A DNA stretch of 64,000 nucleotides, taken from positions 18,046 through 82,045 of the forward strand of contig JAUYKZ010000006.1 of the NCBI GenBank assembly GCA_030704845.1. Reading direction: 5' to 3'. This document shows positions 20,189 through 29,767 of the stretch, in pieces (the stretch's first letter is position 1; every line of letters begins with the position of its first letter). The stretch comes from an archaeon (GTDB taxonomy: Archaea; Nanobdellota; Nanobdellia; Woesearchaeales; GW2011-AR9). The notes under the pieces are model-generated. The model did not search any database, was not told where the DNA came from, and worked only from the letters and a program-made list of their open reading frames with translations. A program made the translations under genes and the position numbers.

Positions 20189-20754
20189 TATACCTCTACA
20201 ACCTTAAAAACGTTTCCATAAATCAGATGATCCTTCCGTATCTCTATCGCTAAAGCATTCTTCCTACGTAAACTTTCAGCAAATCCTTTCCAAGTGCTAA
20301 ATTCTATGTTTATTTCCCGTGGAAAGACTCGTTTTGCCTTGTTAATATCATCTTTCTTTCCGCCAATAACAATTAAATCCAAATCTGAGCTTTCTTTTTG
20401 TCTTCCCTTTGCAAAACTTCCGAAAACAATTATCGTCTCTGCAAAAGGAATCAAGCCTTTCATAATCAATGAAAATTCACTCTCCTTCAAAAGAAAAGAG
20501 GCTTTATAAGTCTCCACAATCTGAATCATTTGCTTCGCGAGAACACTTTTCCTATTAAGAACATATTTTTTGTTCCTTCCCTCTTTTGTGAAGAGAATAA
20601 TTTTATCTTTTACTAACCCATTCAATATTGTAAGAGCATTCTGCGGACTTGTTCCTACCGCCCTTGAGATTTCTCTGCCAGTGAAAGAAGCAGAGTAGTC
20701 CCTCGTGTAAAGCGCAAGAATGTCCATTTTTTTAGACATATGTCTATTTTTCAT
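20179..20754 (-). CDS. wHTH-fused nucleotidyltransferase (MNT-like)
   Basis: VFGSFAKGRQKESSDLDLIVIGG motif; N-terminal HTH. Confidence 0.7.
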   Translation of the reverse strand: MKNRHMSKKMDILALYTRDYSASFTGREISRAVGTSPQNALTILNGLVKDKIILFTKEGRNKKYVLNRKSVLAKQMIQIVETYKASFLLKESEFSLIMKGLIPFAETIIVFGSFAKGRQKESSDLDLIVIGGKKDDINKAKRVFPREINIEFSTWKGFAESLRRKNALAIEIRKDHLIYGNVFKVVEVYCQ

Positions 20755-21184
20755 TGATTTTCTTCCTCAATTGGATAATATCAAGCGCTTCTACAATAGC
20801 ATGACATTTAACTACAAATTTCTTCACTTCAGGTAAATTATCCAATTCTTGCTTCTCTAAATAATACTGAGCCCGTATTCTTTTATATTTAAGATTAGAC
20901 ATAAAGCTGTAATCATTTCCATTAAACTCATCAATTATTGTCATCAGCTCTATCGTGCAGTCATGGATTTCTGATTTAATCCCGGCTTTCATCAAGATGG
21001 AATATAACGCATTATAGCACGCATAGTACGCCATTATAACATCCCATTTTGATCCAGTTCCAGAAATCTGCTGTAAGGTTTCTTGCGCCTCACTAAAATA
21101 CTTCTCAGATAAATTCTCATTCTCTTCAACAAGTTCAATTCCTTTTTTCTGTTTTAAACACCAGTCAATCTTACTTCGCGTCAT
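20744..21184 (-). CDS. HEPN-like helical protein, first gene of the HEPN-NT-HEPN-NT tetrad
   Basis: SEIHDCTIELM region; size and synteny; 11-nt overlap with the NT gene. Confidence 0.45.
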   Translation of the reverse strand: MTRSKIDWCLKQKKGIELVEENENLSEKYFSEAQETLQQISGTGSKWDVIMAYYACYNALYSILMKAGIKSEIHDCTIELMTIIDEFNGNDYSFMSNLKYKRIRAQYYLEKQELDNLPEVKKFVVKCHAIVEALDIIQLRKKINEK

Positions 21185-21278
21185 TTTTTATACCTAAGTA
21201 GTTTTCTGTAATTGGGATATTTAAGATATTTCTGTCCAGATATGTCGGACAAATGTCCCTTTTTCTTAGACACAATTC

Positions 21279-24200
21279 TTATCCTCCAGTTAACTCATTT
21301 AAATCTATATTCTCAGCCATGTCACAATATGGAAGTTTAGTTGCATCGGGCGTTTGTTCAATAGCTCCAATTACCGTATCTGTAATATCTACTAAGATGT
21401 TAAGACCGGTAGTAATTTTACACAGTGGAATAGCTGCTGATGTTCCAGCCGGATCAAAACAAAGATCTGCACAAGCGGCCATTTCTATCCATTTAATAAC
21501 TCCAACTAGAGATGTGAACGCTGCTTTGATAGCTTTTCCGATATATGAAATACTTCCCAGAGGAGTGAAGTCAAATAATGGGCCGTAAACGAATTCACAC
21601 ATTTGGATGTCATATAAAGCATCACATCCTTCAAATGTAGTAAGACCGGATGGAACTTCACGACCATAACATACAATTTTTCTACACATAACTTGTCTTG
21701 CTTTTTCTGCTTGATATAATAATCCTGGGACACATAAACCCAAACCAGAAGTATAAAGATTTTCATATAATGATGTTGCTGGAATACCCAACAAACCTCT
21801 TCCAGAAAGAAGATTATAAGTTTCTAGAATATTGTCTTGGAATTGACCATATGCACCCAAATTTCCTGGATCTGGACTACAGCTTAAAATATCGATAGGA
21901 ATCTGGATATATTCTACAAATTCGAATGCCGTTTTCTGGCCAACTTCTAAGGTTAAACACTGACCACGTAAGGCCGTTCCAACACCAACTGCTCCACCAC
22001 CAGTCTTCTCTACAACTGTTGCAACTCCAACTAAATTACCGCTTACCAAATCAATAAATCTACTAGTCTTATCAATTATTGAAAGAATGTTTCCAATATA
22101 TCTAGCCCATTCAAGCGCAGTGTTAATATAACTCAATGCATCAAGGAATTCAAACCAATCTTCATTTTTCAATGCCCTTACTTTCTTCGCTAAATTTTCA
22201 TCCAATGCACCAATAGTACTAAATCCAAAAGGAACTTCAACTTGCACTTCCTGTAATTCAGGAGAAGCAATAGCATCTTTACCAACTTTAGAAAATACTC
22301 TTAATTGACATGAATAAGACACAACAGCTTCCGCAAATCCGCCTTCAGTAGCAAACATTTCTCTGCCATTGAATGGAGAAAATTCAAGAATCATTGTAGC
22401 CGTAGGTTCAATCTCACCGTCAGGATAATTTCCACCATATAATATAGTCCGGCTTACTTCAGGACCGCTAGAACTTTCGTTACCTTGATCAACAGGCGAA
22501 CAACCAACTAGATCTGCACGTAACATTTGCGCTTGCGGATGTCCGGCTCCGAATTTAAGTTCAACCGGCATTCTAGTATAAGTTAACTCGGTAGTATCTA
22601 AATCAATGAAATCTATTAAAGGACGTGGAGCTCTTTGAAGTTCCCAGTAATCAGGATTTTCTTCCGTAACTAATCCCAATAAATTAATTTTAAATTTCCC
22701 ATCTCTTCCAGAAACAACATTCTTAGATTCACCTTCCCAATCAATAGCCTTAGCTTCATTACCAGCAGTATCATGAACAAGAATCTCAACATCCGCACTT
22801 GGATCTGGACCGGATTTCATTGGAGTTGTTTCAATGGAACATACCCATCTTGCTTCGGAACGGACACAACTTTCTTCATTGAAAACTTGCCATCCGTCAC
22901 CTAATCCTCTACTAGCACTTCCTTCAGGGAAAGATAATTCTGAATCAAGAACGATATCTTTTGTATTTACTAATATATTAAGTCCGTTTGTTTCTCTTAT
23001 AGTGAAATCAATTCTTAACCGATCATTACTTTGGAAGAAATCTTTCACGCCAATTAAATCTGAAACACCAAATAATTCTACTTTCTCTATTACAGGTGCG
23101 GAAGCATCGGAGAATAATTGTACGTCCGGTGAACTTCCTTTATTACCCACGTTATCTTCAAACACAGATAACCCAGTTATCGCAACATCTGTACTTCCAG
23201 CAAAACTGACATCCCAGTAACAGAACAATTTTCCGTCTTCCGTTTCTGAACATTCATCAGGAGCTTCGGCTGCTCCCATGCCAAATGCACTTAACCTTGC
23301 TCTAATTCCGTTCTCGGTGATTCCTGCTCCTTGATCTCTAACTAATAAGATAATTCTATTTTCTCCTTTCATGATGAAACTCTTGTCATCAAATATTTGT
23401 TCAGTACCCATGAATTCAATCACGGGAGGAGAAGTATCTACCACAAAATCACTTCTGCCAATTCTTTGTTCAACCGAATTGCCAAACCTATCGGTTACAG
23501 TTACGGTTAATTCTAAACTGGTAGATGGCTGAATCTCAACATTCTCCCAAGTACAATGATATAAACCTAGTTCTTTATCATCTTCATAACAATTTGCGGG
23601 AGTTCTATCTAAATCAACTTGAATCGATGATGCAGTTACGCTAGCTAAATTATTTTCTTTAACATCAAGAGTAATATCCGTTTTGATAGAAAATTCGCCG
23701 ATAAATTTTCCTAAATCAGTGAAATTAAGAGTTCCGCCAAGAATAACCGGGTCAATGAAATCGCTTCTGAAAGAACCGATTGCAGGATGTTCAGTAATAT
23801 GTCCTAAACGATCTTCAGCAGTTATCTTTATTCTTTTAACTCCTTCCCCAGCAAGTTCCGCTTGAAGTTTTCCACCAAATTCAGCAATATTACTATATTT
23901 AAATTCTTTCTGACCAACTTCTAATCTTGAACCACCAATGGTTTGTAAGATTTGGTTAGTATCGGCGTCAATAATTTCAATCTTGCTTATGCCCACTGAA
24001 GGAATGTCTCCCCGGGTATCTTTAACAAGGAAATCAAGTTCAACTTCACCAAGAAGATTTTGTTTTAATTTAGTTATCTCAACTGTTGGAGCAGTTCCAT
24101 CTGCTCTAATTACATCTGCGTTTTTTACAGTTGCTGGATTTAAAACTTCATTTAAGTAATGATAAACAACTTCAAACAAGTATGCATCTTCACGAACACC

Positions 24201-24515
24201 ATCCGTTAAAGGACTGATATATTCACAAGAAACTCCTTGCGGTGTACTTGCGCAAGCATTGAATGGTGATTCTTTACTTCCAACTTTCATTACAACATTC
24301 TTTGGATCAATATTTTCTTCAGTTGCCGAAGTAATTAAAGCGTTAACTTTCCAAGTGTCCCCATCAGCGTCAATAAATTTGTCAATGTTAGCTTCTCCAG
24401 AATTTTTAGTTATGCTAACAAGTGGAACAGCCATAACACTTGCACTGTAAACAGGTAGAGTTACAAATAAGAAAATCATCCACAAACCTACCACTTGCAA
24501 CGCTCTTTTTTCCAT
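21279..24515 (-). CDS. Giant Sec-secreted protein (1078 aa), function unknown
   Basis: Signal peptide MEKRALQVVGLWMIFLFVTLPVYSASVMA; long uninterrupted ORF. Confidence 0.6.
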   Translation of the reverse strand: MEKRALQVVGLWMIFLFVTLPVYSASVMAVPLVSITKNSGEANIDKFIDADGDTWKVNALITSATEENIDPKNVVMKVGSKESPFNACASTPQGVSCEYISPLTDGVREDAYLFEVVYHYLNEVLNPATVKNADVIRADGTAPTVEITKLKQNLLGEVELDFLVKDTRGDIPSVGISKIEIIDADTNQILQTIGGSRLEVGQKEFKYSNIAEFGGKLQAELAGEGVKRIKITAEDRLGHITEHPAIGSFRSDFIDPVILGGTLNFTDLGKFIGEFSIKTDITLDVKENNLASVTASSIQVDLDRTPANCYEDDKELGLYHCTWENVEIQPSTSLELTVTVTDRFGNSVEQRIGRSDFVVDTSPPVIEFMGTEQIFDDKSFIMKGENRIILLVRDQGAGITENGIRARLSAFGMGAAEAPDECSETEDGKLFCYWDVSFAGSTDVAITGLSVFEDNVGNKGSSPDVQLFSDASAPVIEKVELFGVSDLIGVKDFFQSNDRLRIDFTIRETNGLNILVNTKDIVLDSELSFPEGSASRGLGDGWQVFNEESCVRSEARWVCSIETTPMKSGPDPSADVEILVHDTAGNEAKAIDWEGESKNVVSGRDGKFKINLLGLVTEENPDYWELQRAPRPLIDFIDLDTTELTYTRMPVELKFGAGHPQAQMLRADLVGCSPVDQGNESSSGPEVSRTILYGGNYPDGEIEPTATMILEFSPFNGREMFATEGGFAEAVVSYSCQLRVFSKVGKDAIASPELQEVQVEVPFGFSTIGALDENLAKKVRALKNEDWFEFLDALSYINTALEWARYIGNILSIIDKTSRFIDLVSGNLVGVATVVEKTGGGAVGVGTALRGQCLTLEVGQKTAFEFVEYIQIPIDILSCSPDPGNLGAYGQFQDNILETYNLLSGRGLLGIPATSLYENLYTSGLGLCVPGLLYQAEKARQVMCRKIVCYGREVPSGLTTFEGCDALYDIQMCEFVYGPLFDFTPLGSISYIGKAIKAAFTSLVGVIKWIEMAACADLCFDPAGTSAAIPLCKITTGLNILVDITDTVIGAIEQTPDATKLPYCDMAENIDLNELTGG

Positions 24516-24544
24516 ATTTTCTAACCTACTAATGTTAATCTATT

Positions 24545-24647
24545 TATATACTAAAAGGAATTAGGTTTCTAGACCTAATTCCTTTGGTATGTATAAAGGG
24601 ATAGTTTTCCCTTTTACATACAAAAGGCTTCTGCCTTTTAGTATATA
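24545..24647. repeat. 103-nt element bounded by perfect 14-nt inverted repeats (TATATACTAAAAGG / CCTTTTAGTATATA), containing a perfect 13-bp-arm palindrome and a second imperfect palindrome
   Basis: Read directly; terminal motif TATACTAAA shared with the 31.4-kb and 49.5-kb repeat elements. Confidence 0.4.
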
Positions 24648-24649
24648 CC

Positions 24650-24686
24650 AAAATTCATAGATTTCTGTTCGGAATCTATGAATTTT
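24650..24686 (-). terminator. Perfect 14-bp-arm hairpin overlapping the stop of the 840-aa gene
   Basis: AAAATTCATAGATT-9nt-AATCTATGAATTTT followed by T-run. Confidence 0.4.
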
Positions 24687-27198
24687 TAGTATATGTTGGT
24701 TCTAACGATGCTCTAACTTCCGGTCTTCTTGAAACTTCACCAAGCAATCCTGAAATTTGCATATCTTCAATGATTCTTCCCCCAGCCATAACTGAAGTGT
24801 CTTTACATACATCAAATAAACATCCCACACCAGGAATACAACTGTATCCGCCACATTCTTTCATTGGCACTTTAACTTGTTCTGGAATTGAAACAATATC
24901 TTGCACAGGGACATATAAAGTAATCTCATCCGCAGTATATAATTGTTCAGGAGTTATCGTTAAATAAGTAGCTGGTGTTTCCCAGGCAATATTACCCGTA
25001 ACAAAACCTTCGGAAACACTTTCATCAAGAGTGAATTTTTCTTCTTTATCATAACCTAGGATTGAATAAGTTGAACTTCTAGTTTCAGCTGGAATTCTTA
25101 CTTGCTGAGATGTAGTTGCGAATCCACTTATTTTATACACACCAGGAACTAACTGGACATTACTTCCAGCAGAACCTTTAACAGCTACCGAAGCAACAAA
25201 CTCATTACTTATAACTTCACCATGGAATCCGCTCACTCTTTCAAGAGTTAAAAGAACTTCTTCATCATCTCTTAAGTCAACAGATCTGTCATTCAAGTAA
25301 TAGTCATTATATTTAGTGATACTTTGATTTACTTCAAGAGATATAATTGGGGTTCCGGCACCAAGAACACTAGAACCGCTATCAAAGAAACATTGTTCTG
25401 CTCCTTGCGAACAAGATATATCACTGTAAGGAATAAAACTTACCCCATCGCCTGCTTGAGTTGGACCTGATCGGGTATATTTACATTCTAAAGCACGGAT
25501 ACATTTCTGGACTGGTTTTTTCTTAATATTAACATTAATCGTTTTGATTCTATCCATTTCTATAACTTTTTCAGTTGGTGCATTTGCAACCGCATATCCC
25601 AGAACAGCTGGCTGATCTTGATAATTATATGTGTCTATCGGATAGAAATTTGATAAGTAACCTAAAGCAGCAAAATTAATAACTCCACCATATACCGCAG
25701 GATATTTACTTTCTAATTCTCCACTTTGATCAGTTAACCCCATTTCACAACTTTGATCATCCGGAATTGTAAATCCGATTTTAACAGCTTCAATTGGTTC
25801 TTTAGTGAAAGAATCAACTACGACCGTTTTAAGCAATTCGGTATCTCGATGTGCTTCATCACAAGATATAGGAGATATTCCTTTTGGATAAACTTCCCGA
25901 ACAGATTCATCCTCAGCAGGTCTGTTGTTTCTAATATTAGATTCTAAGGCCATAACAAATCTGTAACCTTCGCCATTAAATGCAGCTTCATCTTTAATTG
26001 TAACAAGGACAGGGTAACTGACATCATAATGAGTTTCATATTGTTGATTTCCAAATGATAAGATTTCATAATTAATGTAAATACTGTTTGGTTTTATGAT
26101 TCCATCTTCGCTGTTTGTTTTAAAGTAAGGATTCCAGCCAAAATAATCAAATGAAACGCCCACATCATCAGCTCCACTTAATGGAAGAACCATATTATCT
26201 ACAACATGCTGAGCTAACCGTTCAGATTCAGGGAATGTTGAATAATAAAATCTTTCACTACCTAAAAATCTAAGCATTGGGACATAAGAGGTTAACAATC
26301 CTTTATATTGTTGTTCAACTGTATCTTCCTGCCAAGATAAAGAAGAAAATAATTGGTATCCGGTATCTGAAGTTGGAGGAAGCGCTTGAGCATCTTTCCT
26401 AGAATAAACTGAAATCAATTCCAATCCTTGCCGTTCCAAGAAATTAAATTCTTTTTCAGCATTTGCGATTTGTTCAGCAACTTCATAATAATGTCTTAAA
26501 TCTAACGGCACTCTTACAAAAAATACATTTAAATCAGTTGAAGCATCTCCTATTGAAACACTAACATCCATGTCCATTCGGAAATCAACCAAACCATCGC
26601 CGATAGTAACTTTAATCGTTTTATCTGGGTCTTGCACAACGTCAAATCCTTGAGAAGTAAATGGAGCGTAATCGTTTAGGCAACCATCAATTCTTTCATC
26701 AATAAACCTTTCAAGTTGAGATTCCATGCTTAACGCCGGATCATCTGCTTTTTTAATTTCTGGTTTTAAAGATGAGATTGCAATATTTTTAGCAGAATTT
26801 GGAGGCGTGTTATAATGCCAGTAAGGAACTTTAAGAGGTTCAAGATTTAATCCATCGCTATCTGTTGGATTAGTTGAAGAAAATTCCCCAGCCAACTCTG
26901 GATAGATATAACCGCCTTGATCTCCTAGAATAAGTAGCCCTCGTTTTGCAAGTTGTCCAACACATTGTTCGGTATAAGATTGAACCGGTCTAAATTCTTC
27001 GGGAACACTACTTAAAATTGGCAAACCTTCAGAAGTAAATTTTTGTTGGATAGAGCCCGATGTAAAATAAAGTATCCCTGCGAATGTAAAAAGAATAACG
27101 ATTCCGATAATAATAAATATCGTGATCTGCCCTTTCTTTGAAGAGAAGCCAAACCCTCCGGTATTACATCTACTAATACTACCTCTTTTTATCACCAT
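24676..27198 (-). CDS. Giant protein (840 aa) with a class-III prepilin-like signal peptide, paralogous at the N-terminus to ORF 14199..15530
   Basis: ...SSKKG|QITIFIIIGIVILFTFAG; palindromic TTTATAAA ~27 nt upstream of the ATG. Confidence 0.6.
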   Translation of the reverse strand: MVIKRGSISRCNTGGFGFSSKKGQITIFIIIGIVILFTFAGILYFTSGSIQQKFTSEGLPILSSVPEEFRPVQSYTEQCVGQLAKRGLLILGDQGGYIYPELAGEFSSTNPTDSDGLNLEPLKVPYWHYNTPPNSAKNIAISSLKPEIKKADDPALSMESQLERFIDERIDGCLNDYAPFTSQGFDVVQDPDKTIKVTIGDGLVDFRMDMDVSVSIGDASTDLNVFFVRVPLDLRHYYEVAEQIANAEKEFNFLERQGLELISVYSRKDAQALPPTSDTGYQLFSSLSWQEDTVEQQYKGLLTSYVPMLRFLGSERFYYSTFPESERLAQHVVDNMVLPLSGADDVGVSFDYFGWNPYFKTNSEDGIIKPNSIYINYEILSFGNQQYETHYDVSYPVLVTIKDEAAFNGEGYRFVMALESNIRNNRPAEDESVREVYPKGISPISCDEAHRDTELLKTVVVDSFTKEPIEAVKIGFTIPDDQSCEMGLTDQSGELESKYPAVYGGVINFAALGYLSNFYPIDTYNYQDQPAVLGYAVANAPTEKVIEMDRIKTINVNIKKKPVQKCIRALECKYTRSGPTQAGDGVSFIPYSDISCSQGAEQCFFDSGSSVLGAGTPIISLEVNQSITKYNDYYLNDRSVDLRDDEEVLLTLERVSGFHGEVISNEFVASVAVKGSAGSNVQLVPGVYKISGFATTSQQVRIPAETRSSTYSILGYDKEEKFTLDESVSEGFVTGNIAWETPATYLTITPEQLYTADEITLYVPVQDIVSIPEQVKVPMKECGGYSCIPGVGCLFDVCKDTSVMAGGRIIEDMQISGLLGEVSRRPEVRASLEPTYTKNS

Positions 27199-27298
27199 GG
27201 TATTGACTTTAGAAAGAGAAGATGATTTATAAAGCTTGTGGGAAGTGGAGTCTTGATTACAATCAAATTAACCATATTATAAAATCATTTTTGAAAGA

Positions 27299-29389
27299 TC
27301 AACAAATCTTAGACCCATCCTTAACCTTAACTACAACGTCTCGGCCGTCAACTTGCAAATTCTTACCATCAAAATTCACTCGACCATCCTTAACAGCCAT
27401 CTTAATTTTAACAAAATCCTCAAAACTAACCTCGGAAGATAACTCCGGAGGATTCATTTCTTCAAAACAAGCATTACTCCCTAAATTAGAATCAACCTCT
27501 AGTAAAGTTATTTTATGATCTTTATCTTCCGCAACAAGAGTCATCGCTTCTGACATCTCCCCCCGGATTTTTGCTTTCTTTAAATTAACTAGGAATAATG
27601 CTTTCTTTCCAACTAATTCCTTAACTGTAAAATGTTTCTTTAATCCGGCAACTACTTGTCTCTTCTCATTACCAATGTCAACTGTCATCACATAAAGGCT
27701 GTCGGCATTTGGATGATCTTTTACTTCAACAATCTTTCCAGATTTGATCAATAATGGAAATACCGGAGTTTCCAGGGGCACTTCAACTTTACTCATTAAC
27801 AGTTCTGGTTTTTTAACAGTTCCTTTCCAATTGAAAACGATGTCATCCCAATAAAGACTTTTCTTAGATTTACCAGAAAGACTTCCCTGAACCTTCTCTG
27901 AAAAAGAAGGTAAAATTGGTTGCAGGATTATCGATAAGGTTCTCGCTAGATTAACACAGAACCCAACTTCATCTTGCTTCATTTCCGGATTTTTCCATGG
28001 TTCAGCTTTCTGGAAATATGAATTTCCTTCGTCAGCAATTTGAAGAATTAATTTTACTGCGTCCTTGAAATTTTGATTAGAATAATGTTCCTTGATACTT
28101 TTCAAATGTTTCTCAATCTTTCTCTGGAGAGATTTTTCTTCCGTAACCTGGGTGATTTTTCCATAATTCTTGTTAGCAAAAACTAATGTCCGGTAACAAA
28201 AATTCCCGATGTTTGCAACTAGAACATTATTTGTTACGGCTTGGAAGTCGGAGAAATTGAAATCTATATCCACCACTTTTCGATCAAGATGGTTCGCATA
28301 ATAAAATCTTAATGATTCCGCTGAATATATCGATAAGAAATCTTTCAAAGTAAAGAAAGTTCCCCTTGACTTGCTCATCTTCTGACCGTTAACCGTAATA
28401 AATCCGTGCGTGGTTATTTTTGGGACAGGAATATTCATAGCCATCAACATAGCCGGCCAAAATAAGTAATGGAAATAGATGATATCTTTACCAATGAAAT
28501 GATATACTGAACCATTCATCCAATAATCTTCCCAAGAAGATTTTTTCTTACCACTTTGTTTATCGCAATAATTTTTAGTTGAAGAAATGTAACCAATCGG
28601 AGCGTCTAGCCAGACATAGAAATATTTTATCGCGCCGGCTTCTTTCTTTGATTCGGGAATTTCAAAACCGAAATAGGGAGCATCTCTGGAAATACACCAA
28701 TCCTGCAATCCTTCCTTAAGCCAGCCTTCAATGAAATTACGAATTTCCGGTTGAATGGTTTTATCGTTTTTCAACCAAGAAGTTATCTTAGGACTCATCT
28801 CTTTTAATTTGAAATAGTAATGGGTAGATTTTTTTAGGATGGGTTTAGTCTTTGTTAAGACAGAATAGGGGGTTTTTAATTCTGTAGGATTGTAAGTCGC
28901 GCCACATTTCTCGCAAGCATCGCCATACTGGTCTTCCCCACCACATTTGGGACAAGTACCTTTCACAAATCTATCCGGCAGGAACTGGTTTGCCTGCGAA
29001 TCGTACATTTGTTCTGTCTCTTTCAAATAGATTAATTTTTTTTCTTTTAGCGTCTTAAAAAACAATTCTGCTAACCCCTTATTTTCTTTAGAATGTGTTT
29101 TATGGAAATTATCAAACTCGACCAGTAAGTCCTTTAAATCACTTTGCTGGGATTTAGAAAACTGCTCGGCAAATTTCTCTGGGTCAATTCCTGCTTCCTT
29201 CGCTTTAACCTCGATTGGGGTCCCATGCATGTCGGAAGCACAGATAAATAATGCCTCTTTTCGGAAAAGTTTTAATGATCTGATAAAAATGTCGGTCTCA
29301 ATAAATCCCAAGCTATGCCCTAGATGAAGTTGCCCATTAGCATAAGGCAGAGCATAAGTCACGACGATTTTTTCCTGGTCAGATTTCAT
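27299..29389 (-). CDS. metG: Methionyl-tRNA synthetase with a zinc knuckle and a C-terminal EMAP/Trbp111-like tRNA-binding domain
   Basis: HLGH and KMSKS motifs; CPKCGGEDQYGDACEKCG; C-terminal OB-fold motif. Confidence 0.9.
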   Translation of the reverse strand: MKSDQEKIVVTYALPYANGQLHLGHSLGFIETDIFIRSLKLFRKEALFICASDMHGTPIEVKAKEAGIDPEKFAEQFSKSQQSDLKDLLVEFDNFHKTHSKENKGLAELFFKTLKEKKLIYLKETEQMYDSQANQFLPDRFVKGTCPKCGGEDQYGDACEKCGATYNPTELKTPYSVLTKTKPILKKSTHYYFKLKEMSPKITSWLKNDKTIQPEIRNFIEGWLKEGLQDWCISRDAPYFGFEIPESKKEAGAIKYFYVWLDAPIGYISSTKNYCDKQSGKKKSSWEDYWMNGSVYHFIGKDIIYFHYLFWPAMLMAMNIPVPKITTHGFITVNGQKMSKSRGTFFTLKDFLSIYSAESLRFYYANHLDRKVVDIDFNFSDFQAVTNNVLVANIGNFCYRTLVFANKNYGKITQVTEEKSLQRKIEKHLKSIKEHYSNQNFKDAVKLILQIADEGNSYFQKAEPWKNPEMKQDEVGFCVNLARTLSIILQPILPSFSEKVQGSLSGKSKKSLYWDDIVFNWKGTVKKPELLMSKVEVPLETPVFPLLIKSGKIVEVKDHPNADSLYVMTVDIGNEKRQVVAGLKKHFTVKELVGKKALFLVNLKKAKIRGEMSEAMTLVAEDKDHKITLLEVDSNLGSNACFEEMNPPELSSEVSFEDFVKIKMAVKDGRVNFDGKNLQVDGRDVVVKVKDGSKIC

Positions 29390-29576
29390 AGAACAAAGAA
29401 CGGAAGAGCTTTATATAAAGATTACTATCCAAATTTTAATTGTCAAAAAAAGGAGATTCTTAATTTCAAACCGTAAAACTTAAATACCTAGTTTCATATA
29501 CAGAAGTCGCTTTTAACTGTTTTTAACAAAGGGGGTTCAAAGCAAAAAAAAACAATACAAGGGAGGGTGTGTAAAA

Positions 29577-29741
29577 ATGGAGACAATAAACACCAAAGAT
29601 TTGATTGAAGAAGAAGTAAATAGCGTCTGGGAAGAGGAAGAAGAAGATGACGACGACGATTCCTGGGACGACGGCGATGATGACGACCAAGACGACGACA
29701 GCGATGACGGCGACTCGGACGATGATGATGACCAGTACTGA
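29577..29741 (+). CDS. Highly acidic 54-aa micro-protein (Asp/Glu >50%)
   Basis: GGGAGGGTG Shine-Dalgarno 8 nt before the ATG; METINTKDLIEEEVNSVWEEEEEDDDDD... Confidence 0.35.
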   Translation: METINTKDLIEEEVNSVWEEEEEDDDDDSWDDGDDDDQDDDSDDGDSDDDDDQY

Positions 29742-29767
29742 GGTCTATTAAAAAGGAGGTGACATAG

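Noticed and set aside
21253-21588. 111-aa plus-strand ORF and other antisense ORFs (e.g. 1810..2004, 3729..4001, 22834..23220, 23938..24159, 12798..13523, 18651..19084) inside the giant minus-strand genes
   Set aside because: Embedded antisense to long, motif-supported coding regions; expected by chance in long ORFs; no start-site signals.
11956-27198. Possibility of a diversity-generating retroelement acting on the giant surface proteins (described for DPANN archaea)
   Set aside because: No ORF with reverse-transcriptase motifs (YxDD, QG) was found in the window and no template/variable repeat pair was spotted by eye; cannot be excluded without a self-alignment.
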